A stretch of DNA of 64,000 nucleotides, from contig JAXGPF010000008.1 of NCBI GenBank assembly GCA_040767085.1, positions 44,590 to 108,589 on the forward strand, in the 5' to 3' direction. A program made the position numbers and the translations under genes. The notes below the pieces were generated by a model. The model searched no databases, was not told the DNA's origin, and saw only the letters and a list, made by a program, of their open reading frames with translations. Of this stretch, positions 9,351 through 19,106 are shown in pieces (the stretch's first letter is position 1; each line of letters opens with the position of its first letter). The stretch comes from Kiritimatiellia bacterium. Its GTDB lineage: Bacteria; Verrucomicrobiota; Kiritimatiellia; JAAZAB01.

Positions 9351-10850
9351 TCACCGCGGGCATTCCAGCCGCGCGCCGCGCGTTTCGACCGCGCCCTTGA
9401 ATTTGCCCCCGATGCGCAGCCGGACGGAATGCACGTTCCGGGCCGGCAGGTCGAAGGTCTGCTGCGCCAGCCACCAGCCCTGGGCGCGCTTGAGGTTGGG
9501 CTCCTTGACCATGAAGTGGCGGATGGTCTCGTATTCCGGCCGGAGCGGGTCGGGATTGCCGGAGTCGATCCGCTTGGTCAGCTCCACGACCAGCGCAATC
9601 GAGCCTTTGAAATCAGGGCTCTTTTTAAACAGCGCCTGCATCATCAGTTTCGCGCCGTCTTTGACGTGAATTTCGGGCGATATCAGCCAGCATTCGGCGC
9701 GGGCATCCAGGGATTGGAAGGCAAATCCACCCTCGGATTCCGGCCGCGCGCGCCAGGCGATGGTTTGCCGGTAGCGGTTGTCCAGGTGGATGTCCCAGCC
9801 GGACAGCGGTTGATTGGGCGGGGTGGACGCGCCGGGGAATTCCAGGAAATTGCTGCCGGGCGCCATGTCGGCCCCGCGCACGACTTCCATCTTCAAGCCT
9901 GGGACAGCCAGGCGGCGCTGGTGGAAACGCCACCATTGCCAGCCCGCCACGCAGACGCCGGCGGAGATGAGCATCAACATGGCCAGGAAGAGCGTCTGCC
10001 ACCGGCGCACCCGGCGTTTCAACTGCGCCAGGTACTGCACCGGCACTGTATCGCGCATGGCGCCGGCGGGCCGGGCGGGCGGACTGAAGTTCACGCGCTC
10101 GCGCAGCGGCGGCTGGAGCGCCCGCGGGGCCGCGTTCAGGAATGGCGCCGCCTCCAGCGGCAGCCCGGCCTTTTCCATCTCGGCGCGGTGGGCGTCCAGG
10201 TCGAAGGGCACCTTGCGCCAGAATACGGAACCGGTATCCTCGTCAAATATGCAGTAGGTTGCCCGGTAATCACCGTCGCGCGGCTGGCCGACGGAGCCGA
10301 CATTGACCAGGAAGCGTTTGCCTTCCTCCAGCATGAAATCTTCCGGCGGAATCAGGCGGGGTGTCTGGCTGCGGCCGATGACGAAAATACCTGGCTGATG
10401 GGTGTGCCCGACGAACAGGAGCGGTTCCGACACTTTGCGCCAGCCGGCTACGGCATCCTGCGGCTCAAAAATATAATGGAACCCGGCCGGCTGGTCGAAA
10501 TTGGCATGGGCGCAGCGGAAATTTTCGCCGGCCAGGCAGAGCGGCAGGCGCGACAGGAATTTTTTTGCCGGCTCGCCCAGTTGTAAGGCGGACCACTGGA
10601 TGATGCCGCGGGCGGGTTCGCTGAAATATTTGGGATCGATTTTACCGCAGATGGCGGCGTCGTGGTTGCCCAACAGGAAATGATCCACGCTGGTGTAGAG
10701 CGCCTCCAGCACTTCCCGGGGGCGGGGGCCGTAGCCGACCATGTCGCCCAGGCTGATGATGCTGTCAACCCCGGCGCTCCGGATATCCAGCAGCACGGCA
10801 TTCCACGCCGCCAGGTTGGCGTGGATATCGGAAACCACGGCATACTTCAC
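9351..10850 (-). CDS. Metallophosphoesterase fused to a TM helix and a C-terminal beta-rich (carbohydrate-binding-like) domain
   Basis: SDIHAN, LGDMVGYG, LGNHD, HAN, GHTHQP and NVGSVGQPRDG, followed by the hydrophobic helix TLFLAMLMLISAGVCVAGW. Confidence 0.85.
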   Translation of the reverse strand: MKYAVVSDIHANLAAWNAVLLDIRSAGVDSIISLGDMVGYGPRPREVLEALYTSVDHFLLGNHDAAICGKIDPKYFSEPARGIIQWSALQLGEPAKKFLSRLPLCLAGENFRCAHANFDQPAGFHYIFEPQDAVAGWRKVSEPLLFVGHTHQPGIFVIGRSQTPRLIPPEDFMLEEGKRFLVNVGSVGQPRDGDYRATYCIFDEDTGSVFWRKVPFDLDAHRAEMEKAGLPLEAAPFLNAAPRALQPPLRERVNFSPPARPAGAMRDTVPVQYLAQLKRRVRRWQTLFLAMLMLISAGVCVAGWQWWRFHQRRLAVPGLKMEVVRGADMAPGSNFLEFPGASTPPNQPLSGWDIHLDNRYRQTIAWRARPESEGGFAFQSLDARAECWLISPEIHVKDGAKLMMQALFKKSPDFKGSIALVVELTKRIDSGNPDPLRPEYETIRHFMVKEPNLKRAQGWWLAQQTFDLPARNVHSVRLRIGGKFKGAVETRGARLECPR

Positions 10851-10932
10851 GGGGCACCTCCGGCAGGGTTGGCGCAGTGCAGGTCAGTTGCTGCATCTTA
10901 GCAAACCGACGGCGGAATGTAAATGTCCGCCA

Positions 10933-12012
10933 TCATGGCAGCCGGCGCAGCCGGCCGGCGTATTCCGGCGCGGGGGTGAACCGTGCGGCGAAGGCGGGCG
11001 TGGCATGGAGTTCCAGGGGCTGGCGGTCCGGCACGAACAGGGCGGCATGGCCGGGGAAGTTCGTTTGCAGAAAACCGGCGCCGTGTTCCAGCCCCATGAC
11101 AAACAACGTGGTCGAGAGGGCGTCGGCGTCCATGGCGGCGTCCGGGCCGGCGCCGATGACGGTTACGGACACCATGCCCTCCGCGGGGAGGCCGGTGCGC
11201 GGGTCGAGGATATGCGCGTAGCGCCGGCCGCCGATGATAACGAACCGTTCGTAATTACCGGAGGTGGCCGCGGCTTCGCCGTCCTGCAAGGCCAGCGTGC
11301 CCAGCACGCGCCCTGCCGCAAAAGGATTCTGGACGGCGATGCGCCAGGGGACGCCGGGCGCGGCGGCCCCCAGCGCGCGGAGATTGCCGCCCAGGTTGAG
11401 CAAGACGTTGGTGAGTCCATGTTTGACCATGATCCGGGCGACTTCATCCACGGCAAAACCCTTGGCAATGCCGCCGAGGTCCACCTGCATGCCCGGCCGC
11501 GCCAGCCGCGCCGTCTGGTTGCTGATTTCCAGGCGTCTGTAATCCACGCATCGCCGCGCCTCCTCCAAGGCGGCCGACGCCGGCGGCTGCCCCGGCGCCG
11601 TTCCGCCGCGCAGTCCCCAAATCCGCAGCAAGGGCGGCACGGTGACATCGAAGGCGCCGGCGCTTAATTCGCCGTAGCGGCGGGCGGCCTGCAGAATGAC
11701 GATGGTTTCCCGCGCCAGGGGCGCCGGCGCGGCGCCGGCGGCCTGGTTGAGCCGCCCGATATCGCTATCGGGGTTGAAGAAACTCAAGCGGTTTTCCAGC
11801 CCGTACAACGCATTGGCGCTGAGCACGCCGGCCGGCTCCAGGTAGTCGGCGCGGTCGGCCGGGAGCGTGACGGTAAAAACCGTGCCCATCGCCAGGAACA
11901 TTTTGCGGGGCAGCGCCGCCGGCCGGCAGGCCGTCAATGCCAGCAGCAGGCCGCCCAGCAAGACGGCGGCGCCGACGGCTTTGATAGCTGGGGAAGAGGT
12001 GTGAAAATTCAT
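10933..12012 (-). CDS. apbE: FAD:protein FMN transferase (lipoprotein)
   Basis: AMGT, GAFDVTV, DLGGIAKGFAVD, LNLGGN, ATSGNYER, HILDPRTG, ADALSTTLFVMG; lipobox LTAC. Confidence 0.95.
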   Translation of the reverse strand: MNFHTSSPAIKAVGAAVLLGGLLLALTACRPAALPRKMFLAMGTVFTVTLPADRADYLEPAGVLSANALYGLENRLSFFNPDSDIGRLNQAAGAAPAPLARETIVILQAARRYGELSAGAFDVTVPPLLRIWGLRGGTAPGQPPASAALEEARRCVDYRRLEISNQTARLARPGMQVDLGGIAKGFAVDEVARIMVKHGLTNVLLNLGGNLRALGAAAPGVPWRIAVQNPFAAGRVLGTLALQDGEAAATSGNYERFVIIGGRRYAHILDPRTGLPAEGMVSVTVIGAGPDAAMDADALSTTLFVMGLEHGAGFLQTNFPGHAALFVPDRQPLELHATPAFAARFTPAPEYAGRLRRLP

Positions 12013-12084
12013 GGGCGCAGTTTGCCAGAAGTCGGAGCAAAAGACACGTTTTAAAAGTTGCCCGGCGCCGCGCCGGGTCCAAGT

Positions 12085-13455
12085 TCATCCTGCATCCGGC
12101 GGCGCCAGGCGTGGCAGATGCTTCCGCTGCTCCGGTGGCGGTTCATCCAGCGCGCGGCGCCGCGCCGCGCGCTCCATCTCTTCCAGGGGCGGCAGTCCGG
12201 TGCGCTGCCGGTGGTCTGCGCTGACGCGGCTTTGCATGAATTGTTGCCAGATTTTACGCGCCATGGCGGCAGCTTCCGCCGCGCCGGCGGCATCACCGCG
12301 CGCCGCGCGGCGTGCACTTTGCACCAGGAACCCGTCAACCAGCGCAATAGCGTCCTCCCGGGGCGTTTCCGACAAATCGCCGGCAAGGCAGGCAGCCGCG
12401 AATTCGTCGAATTCCGGATCGCCCTGCGGATTGGGATAGAGTGCGATCAATTTCGCATAAAGTTCGCGCGCCTCCCGGACTTGGCCGTAACAGTATAATA
12501 TCACTGCCGCTTCCGCCAGGAAATTGGCATAAGCCATATGAAAGACGGGGATGTCGAAGCGCTGCAAGGCTTCTTCATGGGCGCGGATGGCGTGCGGCAG
12601 CAGCTCCAGGGCCGGCGTGGCCAGGTATTCTCCGGCCGCGGGATCAAACTGCAGGCGGCCATGCCGGAAAGACTCGTCCATGCATTGAAAAAACATCTGG
12701 TAACAGGCCCGCACACCGGCCTGGGACGCATCCGCCCGGCGCCCCTGGTCAGACCAGTAAAGCGCGTGGGTAGCCGGCAGCCGCCAATCCAACGGACCGT
12801 AATCGCGATCCAAGGCCGCCATCATGGCGGCATCCAGCTTGTAAACGGAGCGCGCTCTCTCGCCCGCGGGCCCGCCGGCAAGCGCCTGGTAATCCGGATG
12901 CGCGCCGCCCAGGAGTTCGGTCATTTCCTCCGCCAGCCTGATTTTGAAATGACGGTGGGCGGTATCCATGACGTAGCCGATTTTATGCTGGTAAATCCAG
13001 CCGAGTTCGCGGAGCAGGACGGGATGGCGCGGATTGAAAACCAGCGCGCGGTCGCGCAGGAGACGGAAACCGTGCCGGACCCAGCGCCAGCGGTCTTCCG
13101 GGTCGGTGAACATGATGCTGACGTTGTATGCCATGTTCCAGGCGTGGAAGGCCCAGACGGTGGTGAACTGCGGTTCGAGCGCGGTGATCCAGTCGCTGAG
13201 TTGGACGAGTTCCAGGACGCGGGCTTCTTCCTGCAGGTGGATGGCGCGCATCCAGAGCAGGTCCGCGATGATGCCCCGGAAGCCGCCCAGGGCCACGGTG
13301 GTGAAAATCAAGGCCGGCGGCATGTCTTCCGGCGGCGGCTGAAATTGCGGGCGCACGGCGCGGGGCTGCATGACGTGCGTCCGCCAGAGCGCCGCAGCCG
13401 CCAACAGCAAAATCATGGCTGGCGCCAGGAACCAGTGTTTACGCAAAATTTTCAT
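12085..13455 (-). CDS. Conserved PVC-type hypothetical protein with N-terminal membrane anchor (family often mis-annotated as IRE protein)
   Basis: LGGFRGIIADLLWMRA, LEPQFTTVW, AWNMAYNVS, WRWV, ELGWIYQHKIG; all-helical TPR-like body; lies in an ABC operon. Family recognition is from memory. Confidence 0.65.
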   Translation of the reverse strand: MKILRKHWFLAPAMILLLAAAALWRTHVMQPRAVRPQFQPPPEDMPPALIFTTVALGGFRGIIADLLWMRAIHLQEEARVLELVQLSDWITALEPQFTTVWAFHAWNMAYNVSIMFTDPEDRWRWVRHGFRLLRDRALVFNPRHPVLLRELGWIYQHKIGYVMDTAHRHFKIRLAEEMTELLGGAHPDYQALAGGPAGERARSVYKLDAAMMAALDRDYGPLDWRLPATHALYWSDQGRRADASQAGVRACYQMFFQCMDESFRHGRLQFDPAAGEYLATPALELLPHAIRAHEEALQRFDIPVFHMAYANFLAEAAVILYCYGQVREARELYAKLIALYPNPQGDPEFDEFAAACLAGDLSETPREDAIALVDGFLVQSARRAARGDAAGAAEAAAMARKIWQQFMQSRVSADHRQRTGLPPLEEMERAARRRALDEPPPEQRKHLPRLAPPDAG

Positions 13456-13468
13456 CCTAAATCCGGCA

Positions 13469-13566
13469 TTTGAAATTCAAAAATTGACATATGCAATTGA
13501 AAATACCAAAGATCTGATTTCTGTCGCAAACATCTTTTGGGTGTAGGAAAATTTTTGAATTTCAAA
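13469..13566. repeat. AT-rich intergenic element bounded by a perfect 17-bp inverted repeat
   Basis: TTTGAAATTCAAAAATT (13469-13485) and AATTTTTGAATTTCAAA (13550-13566). Confidence 0.75.
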
Positions 13567-13688
13567 CCGGAAATTGGTTGGCGATTTTGCCGCATCTGCT
13601 TTGTTGGCAAGGGTTCGGAGTATACTAATACACCGTCACCCTTGCCGCCGCGCATCCGCGGCAAACTTGCCAACTGCCGGATTCAGGT

Positions 13689-15062
13689 TCATGTTCCCGC
13701 CATTCCCAATTGACGCCGGGCCAGCAACCAGGCGCCGGCTCCCGCCAGCAAGGCGGCGTAAAAGCACAGGACTATTCCAGCCTGCCCGGCGGCGGCCCAG
13801 GGAATCAGGCGCCCGCCGGTCAGCATGCCCACGGGGTCGAACCGGCCGAGCGCGGGCATCAGCAGCCGCACGATTTCGCTGGCGGCGGCTACGGCCAGGT
13901 CCAGCATGCGGATGGGCCAGGCAGAGGCATCGCCTTGAAAAGCCCAGCGCACCCATTGGCGCCCGGCGGCATAGCGGAAACGGTTGAGCGTGTCAAGCAG
14001 CGGCATGGCGCCCGCCAGCAGCAATGCGACCGGGAAAGAAAACGCCGCGCCGGCGGTCAGGCCCAGCGCGGCCAGGAAAGCCAGGCGGGCGAAGATGATC
14101 AAGCCGGCGCGCAGCAGGTTGCCGGCAAAACTACCTGCGGGCGCGAGCAGGATCAATCCTTGCTGCCCGGGGAAGAGCAGCGTTGTCGTCGTTTCCGGAT
14201 GTTGATTGGCGCAAGTGATTTCCAGCGCGCGGCCCGGCTGCAGCAAGTCGGCCGGCAAGTCCAGCCGGTGCGGCTTGCGGGGCGGCACGGAGATTTCGAA
14301 ACGCCGGGGATGGGGCGCTCCCGGCAGTCCAACCATCCAGACCATCGGGATGGCCGCCGTCTGGTCCGGCTGGGCGGTAATGAATTCAAACTGCAGTCCG
14401 CCGGGCCGGTTTTTCAGCATGGTGTCCGGCAGGTTGATGCGCCAGCGTCCGGCGCCGCCCGGGGGCACGGTCACGCCGGCGGCGCCGCTGTCCGGCTGAT
14501 CGGTCAGGACGGCGGCGGGCAGGCTGACTTGGGCGGTCAACAGGGTATTGCGGAGCGCCGTCAGTTCGGCTGCCGGCTGGCTGGCGCCGCAGTTGAAGCG
14601 CCACATGCCGATGCCCAGGGCCGCGCCGGCGAGGCCCAGCAAGGCGGCATTGACCAGGCTCAAACCCAGCCAGTTGCCGATCCAGATTTGCGCGGCGGCA
14701 ACCGGTTTGACGCGCACCAGTTGCAGACGGCCGGTGGCGTTTTCCAATGAAATGGCCGAGGCGCCGATGATCAGGGTGGCCGCGGAGAGCAGGAATGAAA
14801 CCCATGCGATGGAGTAGGATAACCAGATGCGCGCCATCCCCGTTAAGGTGCCGTCGCCTTGAATCGCCAGGCGCAGGCCGCAGATGCCGGCCGTCAGCAG
14901 GACTGCCAGCATCAGCCAGATGCCAGTGCGCCACAGGCGGCGCAATACCAGCGCCGCCGTGGCCCAGATTGGCAGAATATTTGAATTCACTATGTTCACT
15001 TTGACGCAGGCGCCTATCAACGCTCTTCCCGGCGCCGCCATGGCCGCTGTAAACCGCGCCAT
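13689..15062 (-). CDS. ABC transporter permease (ABC-2 type with a large extracytoplasmic loop); start uncertain
   Basis: TM helices flank a soluble domain; ENATGRLQLVRVKPV...IWIGNWLG motif; adjacent to an ABC ATPase. Confidence 0.75.
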   Translation of the reverse strand: MARFTAAMAAPGRALIGACVKVNIVNSNILPIWATAALVLRRLWRTGIWLMLAVLLTAGICGLRLAIQGDGTLTGMARIWLSYSIAWVSFLLSAATLIIGASAISLENATGRLQLVRVKPVAAAQIWIGNWLGLSLVNAALLGLAGAALGIGMWRFNCGASQPAAELTALRNTLLTAQVSLPAAVLTDQPDSGAAGVTVPPGGAGRWRINLPDTMLKNRPGGLQFEFITAQPDQTAAIPMVWMVGLPGAPHPRRFEISVPPRKPHRLDLPADLLQPGRALEITCANQHPETTTTLLFPGQQGLILLAPAGSFAGNLLRAGLIIFARLAFLAALGLTAGAAFSFPVALLLAGAMPLLDTLNRFRYAAGRQWVRWAFQGDASAWPIRMLDLAVAAASEIVRLLMPALGRFDPVGMLTGGRLIPWAAAGQAGIVLCFYAALLAGAGAWLLARRQLGMAGT

Positions 15063-15114
15063 TCCCGCTCATGCCGCGCGGAAAAGGCGCCGGCCGGGCC
15101 GGCTCTGGTGAAAA

Positions 15115-16095
15115 TCATGGCTGGCCTGAGCGCAGGTATTCGGCGAGGTCCACCGCCGGCGCGACCGCCGCGCCATCTGCCCGTCCGGTCCCCGCCCGTT
15201 CCGGCGGGAGTTCGCCGGCTTCTCCGAGTTTCTGCAGAAAGAATTGTTCCAGGGTCCGGCAAGGCCGGTCCATTTCCGGATCGCTGCCGGTGATGCGGCG
15301 CAAAGCGTCCACTATTTGCCGCTGGGTGGCGGTGTCCGGCGCGGGCACGGCAAAGCGGCAGAGCGCCGGATCTTCCAGCAGCGACCGGACGGCGCCCTGG
15401 ACAATCACCCGGCCCTGGAACATGATCAGGATGCGTTGGCAGATATCTTCCACATCCGCGAGGAGGTGGGAGGATAAAATAACCGTTTTGCCCCGCTGGC
15501 GGAGCATGAGCAGCAGGTCTTTGACCTGGCGGCATGCCAGCGGGTCCAGGCCGGAGGTCGGCTCGTCCAGCACGATTAAGGCCGGATCGTTGATCAGCGC
15601 TTGCGCCAGGCCGATCCGGCGGGCCATTCCCTTGGAAAATTCGCCCACCCGGCGCCGGCGGGCGTGTTGCAGACCGGTCATTTCCAGCAGTTGGCGCGTG
15701 CGCCGCCGGCGTTCGCCGCGGTCGAGATTGAAAAGCCGGCCGTAAAAATCCAGGGTTTCCTCGGGTGTCAGTTGCGGGTAAACATGGTTTTCTTCCGGCA
15801 GGTAACCCAGCCGCGCGCAAACATCACGATGGCCGGGCGGCAGTCCGAAAATCCGCAACTCGCCGGCGTTGGGGCGCAGCAGGCCGAGCAGCATTTTCAG
15901 GGTGGTGCTTTTGCCCGAGCCGTTGGGTCCCAGCAGACCGAAAATCTCGCCCCGGCGGATTTCGAAGGAAACATCATGCACGGCTTCGACTTTCAGGCGT
16001 CCCCAGAAATCGCGGAAACTTTTGGCCAGACCGCGGGCGTCCAGCACCAGGTCGCCGCAGTCAGGGCTTGGCGTTTGTGGGTTTTCAGCTTGCAT
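15115..16095 (-). CDS. ABC transporter ATP-binding protein
   Basis: GPNGSGKST, FSKGMARRIGLAQAL, LDEPTSGLD, SSHLL. Confidence 0.92.
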   Translation of the reverse strand: MQAENPQTPSPDCGDLVLDARGLAKSFRDFWGRLKVEAVHDVSFEIRRGEIFGLLGPNGSGKSTTLKMLLGLLRPNAGELRIFGLPPGHRDVCARLGYLPEENHVYPQLTPEETLDFYGRLFNLDRGERRRRTRQLLEMTGLQHARRRRVGEFSKGMARRIGLAQALINDPALIVLDEPTSGLDPLACRQVKDLLLMLRQRGKTVILSSHLLADVEDICQRILIMFQGRVIVQGAVRSLLEDPALCRFAVPAPDTATQRQIVDALRRITGSDPEMDRPCRTLEQFFLQKLGEAGELPPERAGTGRADGAAVAPAVDLAEYLRSGQP

Positions 16096-16131
16096 GGTGG
16101 TTGGCCGCCGCCTCGATTGAAAAACCCGTGC

Positions 16132-16160
16132 AGTATAATTTAAAAAAAACTCCAGCGCAA
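16132..16160 (-). promoter_or_regulatory. Putative sigma70 promoter of the ABC operon
   Basis: TTGCGC-N17-TATACT on the minus strand. Confidence 0.5.
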
Positions 16161-16220
16161 ACAAAACCTTGCCAAAGCCGGCGGGGTTGTCATATCGTAT
16201 GCGGGCGAGAGGAGGCGGAT

Positions 16221-17183
16221 ATGGCGCCGGAAATGCGCATTGTCTTCATGGGTTCGGCGGAGCTGGCGTGTCCCAGCCTGGAAATATTGCGGACGACGCC
16301 CGGGATGCGGTTGGTCGGCGTGGCGACCCAGCCGGAGCGGCCCAAGGGGCGCTCCCTGCGTCCGGCGGCCTGCCCGATCTGCGCGCACGTGGCGCGCCTG
16401 GGCATCCCGGTGCTGATGCCGGAAAAAATCAATACCCCTGAGACGCTTGCCGTCCTGCGCGACTTACGGCCGGATGCGATTGCCGTGGTGGCTTACGGGC
16501 AGATTCTGAAGCGCGCCATCCTTGATCTGCCGCCGCTGGGATGTGTCAACCTGCATGCTTCGCTGCTGCCGCGTTACCGCGGCGCGGCGCCGATCCAGTG
16601 GGCTATCGCCCGCGGTGAAAAGGTCACGGGCGTCACCACCATGTTCATGAACGAGGGCTTGGACGAAGGCGATATTATCTTTCAGGAGGAAGAGCCGATC
16701 CGCCCGGATGACACCGCCGCCACCCTGCACGTCCGCCTGGCGCGCCGCGGGGCCGATCTGCTGGTCCGCACCTTGTTGGCCTTGCGCGCCGGGGAGGCCC
16801 CGCGCCGGCCCCAGGCGGCGGCCGGCGCTGCCACCTTCGCGCCCCGCTTGAAGAAATCTGACGGCCGGCTGGATTGGACGCGGCCGGCGGCAGAACTCTG
16901 CAACCATGTCCGCGGCTTCCATCCCTGGCCGGGCTGTTTCCTGGCGCTGCCCGGCCCGCGTTGCCAGTTGGTAAAAGTTCTGCAAGCCCGGACCGAGCCG
17001 GCCGCGCCGTCGGGCTCCGCCCCGGGCACGGTGCTGCAGGCGGCGGGAGAGGGCCCCTTGATCGGCGCCGGCCAGGCAGCGGTGCGGCTGCTGCAGGTTC
17101 AGCCGGAAGGCAAGAAGCCCATGAGCGGGGCCGCATTTCTGTGCGGCTATGGTTTGCGCGCGGGAATGGTGTTGCCGTCATAA
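16221..17183 (+). CDS. fmt: Methionyl-tRNA formyltransferase
   Basis: RIVFMGS, VATQPERPKGR, VVAYGQIL, NLHASLLPRYRGAAPIQWAI, GLDEGDI; GGAGG RBS before ATG 16221. Confidence 0.96.
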   Translation: MAPEMRIVFMGSAELACPSLEILRTTPGMRLVGVATQPERPKGRSLRPAACPICAHVARLGIPVLMPEKINTPETLAVLRDLRPDAIAVVAYGQILKRAILDLPPLGCVNLHASLLPRYRGAAPIQWAIARGEKVTGVTTMFMNEGLDEGDIIFQEEEPIRPDDTAATLHVRLARRGADLLVRTLLALRAGEAPRRPQAAAGAATFAPRLKKSDGRLDWTRPAAELCNHVRGFHPWPGCFLALPGPRCQLVKVLQARTEPAAPSGSAPGTVLQAAGEGPLIGAGQAAVRLLQVQPEGKKPMSGAAFLCGYGLRAGMVLPS

Positions 17184-17186
17184 TTC

Positions 17187-19106
17187 ATGTTGTACCCCGT
17201 TTTATTTCTGGCGGTATTTCTGTTGCCCGGCTGGCTGATCGCCGGTATCCAGCGTTGCCGCGGGCCCCGCGTGCTCCTGGCGCTGGGATTTTCCTATGCC
17301 TTGGCGGCGCTGAACCTGCTGGTGCTGCAGACGTTGCATACGCCGCCGTCTCTTTTCACGCCCTTGCTGGCCGCGGAAATTGCGGCGCTGTTGCTCCTGG
17401 CCGGCTGGCGCCGGCGGAGCACAAGCCGGCCCCGGCCGCCTGGGCGCGCCTGGGCAGCCCTGGGCCCCGGCCTGATTGTGCTGGCGTCGGTGGCCGCCTA
17501 TTTGCTGTGGGCCGGCCCATACCTGGAAATTCCCGCCGATGCCTGGGAACATCTGCGCCGCATCCAAACGCAGATGGAGATTCTGCGGGACAACGATTTC
17601 GGGCCGGCCAAAAAATGGCAGTTGTGGACCACCCAGGGGCAGGTCTGGTACTTGCTGCAGGCCATGCTCTGCCGGTGGAGCGGATTGAAAGTGCTGGATG
17701 CCGCACCCTATGCTGTTGTAATGAACAGCCTGGCATGGACGGCGGGAATTTACCTGTTCGGCTTGAAATTGTTTGCGCCATTGCGGCGCGGGCGGCGGAC
17801 GAAGGCCATGGCGGCGGCGCTGGCAACCCTGTTTTATACGGTGTCCTTCGGAGTCAGCGTGTTCGCCTATATGCGTTATTATCCGCTGGCGCCGACCATG
17901 TTGTCCTACGTAATTTACCTGGCCGCCATGATTTTCGTGATGGATTTATTGCGCCAGGACGCCTGGCGGTGGCGCCTGGCCTGGCCGCCGGCGCTGTTTT
18001 TCGTGGTCTTGAACGCAACGCATACGCAGGAAGCCTTGTTTGTTTTTTTCATGGCTTGGAGCGTCAGCCTGGCGGAAACCGTCCGGCGCTGGCCGGCCCT
18101 CCGCGCGGCAGCCTTACGCCGGCCGGCGGGAGTCCTGGGCCTGGCCGCGCTGCTGACCTGGCTGGGCTTGTTTATCTGGTCGCATGCCCGTCCGTTGTCG
18201 CCATACTGGGTTTACGGGGCCGTGCCGATTGAAAACCTGCTGCCGTTCCTGCGCGGCATGCTGGTGCAATCGCCGACGGCGCATTTCTATCCCGTCGTCG
18301 CGCTGTGGGGCTTGTGGGTCTATTTTCTGTTTGCCCGGCATTGGCGCGAATTCGCGCCAATGCCGCTGATCATGGCGGGCATGGCCATGCCGCTGCTGAC
18401 GGTGTTCAATCCGGTCACCATGGATATCATGCTGCGGCATTTGCCCGATCCGACGGCGCTGTACCGGTTCAATTACCTGCTGCCGTTGCCGTATGTGGCC
18501 GCCTGGTGCGCCGTCCGCCACAGGCCGTGGGCGGCGGGCGGCGGCCGGCGCGGGCGCCGGCTGGCGGGCGCGGTGGTTTGGGCGGGATTGATTTTGTTTT
18601 TGTGCCCGGTGCATTGCGGGTATTTCGATTCCAGTTACAGCCGGTGGCCGACCTTGCGGAAAGTCAGGCCGGAGAATGACTGGCGTCACTGGCAGGATAT
18701 GCTGGCCATGTTGCGGTCGCAGCCCGAGAGCGCCATCATCACCGATCCGGTGACGGCTTACATGCTGCGCGGCGCCACGCGCCATTTCATCCGCGGACAG
18801 CGGTTCGATTACACCGAGTTTGCCTGGTGGCTGCGGCCGGAAATACCGGATTTGAATCTGGATCAAATCCGGCATTACCTGGACCGGGACCGGCGCTGGC
18901 TGCTGGTGATGAACCTGCGGGATGGCGCCGTGAGCGAGTCCGGCAGGCTTTCCGGGCATTGGCCGGCCAATGTTTTAAAGCTCGGACGCTACTACGCGCC
19001 GCGGACCGTAAAATGGGTGGAGGCGCGGCCCGAAAGCTTCCGCCTGCTTTGGGAGCGGGATCGGGTGCGGGTGTACGAGGTCAAGTTGACGCCCGGGCAT
19101 CCATGA
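17187..19106 (+). CDS. Polytopic membrane protein, possibly a GT-C-fold glycosyltransferase
   Basis: More than 12 hydrophobic segments, acidic EIPADAWEH motif in the first loop, C-terminal soluble domain; convergent with a GT4 gene. Confidence 0.6.
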   Translation: MLYPVLFLAVFLLPGWLIAGIQRCRGPRVLLALGFSYALAALNLLVLQTLHTPPSLFTPLLAAEIAALLLLAGWRRRSTSRPRPPGRAWAALGPGLIVLASVAAYLLWAGPYLEIPADAWEHLRRIQTQMEILRDNDFGPAKKWQLWTTQGQVWYLLQAMLCRWSGLKVLDAAPYAVVMNSLAWTAGIYLFGLKLFAPLRRGRRTKAMAAALATLFYTVSFGVSVFAYMRYYPLAPTMLSYVIYLAAMIFVMDLLRQDAWRWRLAWPPALFFVVLNATHTQEALFVFFMAWSVSLAETVRRWPALRAAALRRPAGVLGLAALLTWLGLFIWSHARPLSPYWVYGAVPIENLLPFLRGMLVQSPTAHFYPVVALWGLWVYFLFARHWREFAPMPLIMAGMAMPLLTVFNPVTMDIMLRHLPDPTALYRFNYLLPLPYVAAWCAVRHRPWAAGGGRRGRRLAGAVVWAGLILFLCPVHCGYFDSSYSRWPTLRKVRPENDWRHWQDMLAMLRSQPESAIITDPVTAYMLRGATRHFIRGQRFDYTEFAWWLRPEIPDLNLDQIRHYLDRDRRWLLVMNLRDGAVSESGRLSGHWPANVLKLGRYYAPRTVKWVEARPESFRLLWERDRVRVYEVKLTPGHP

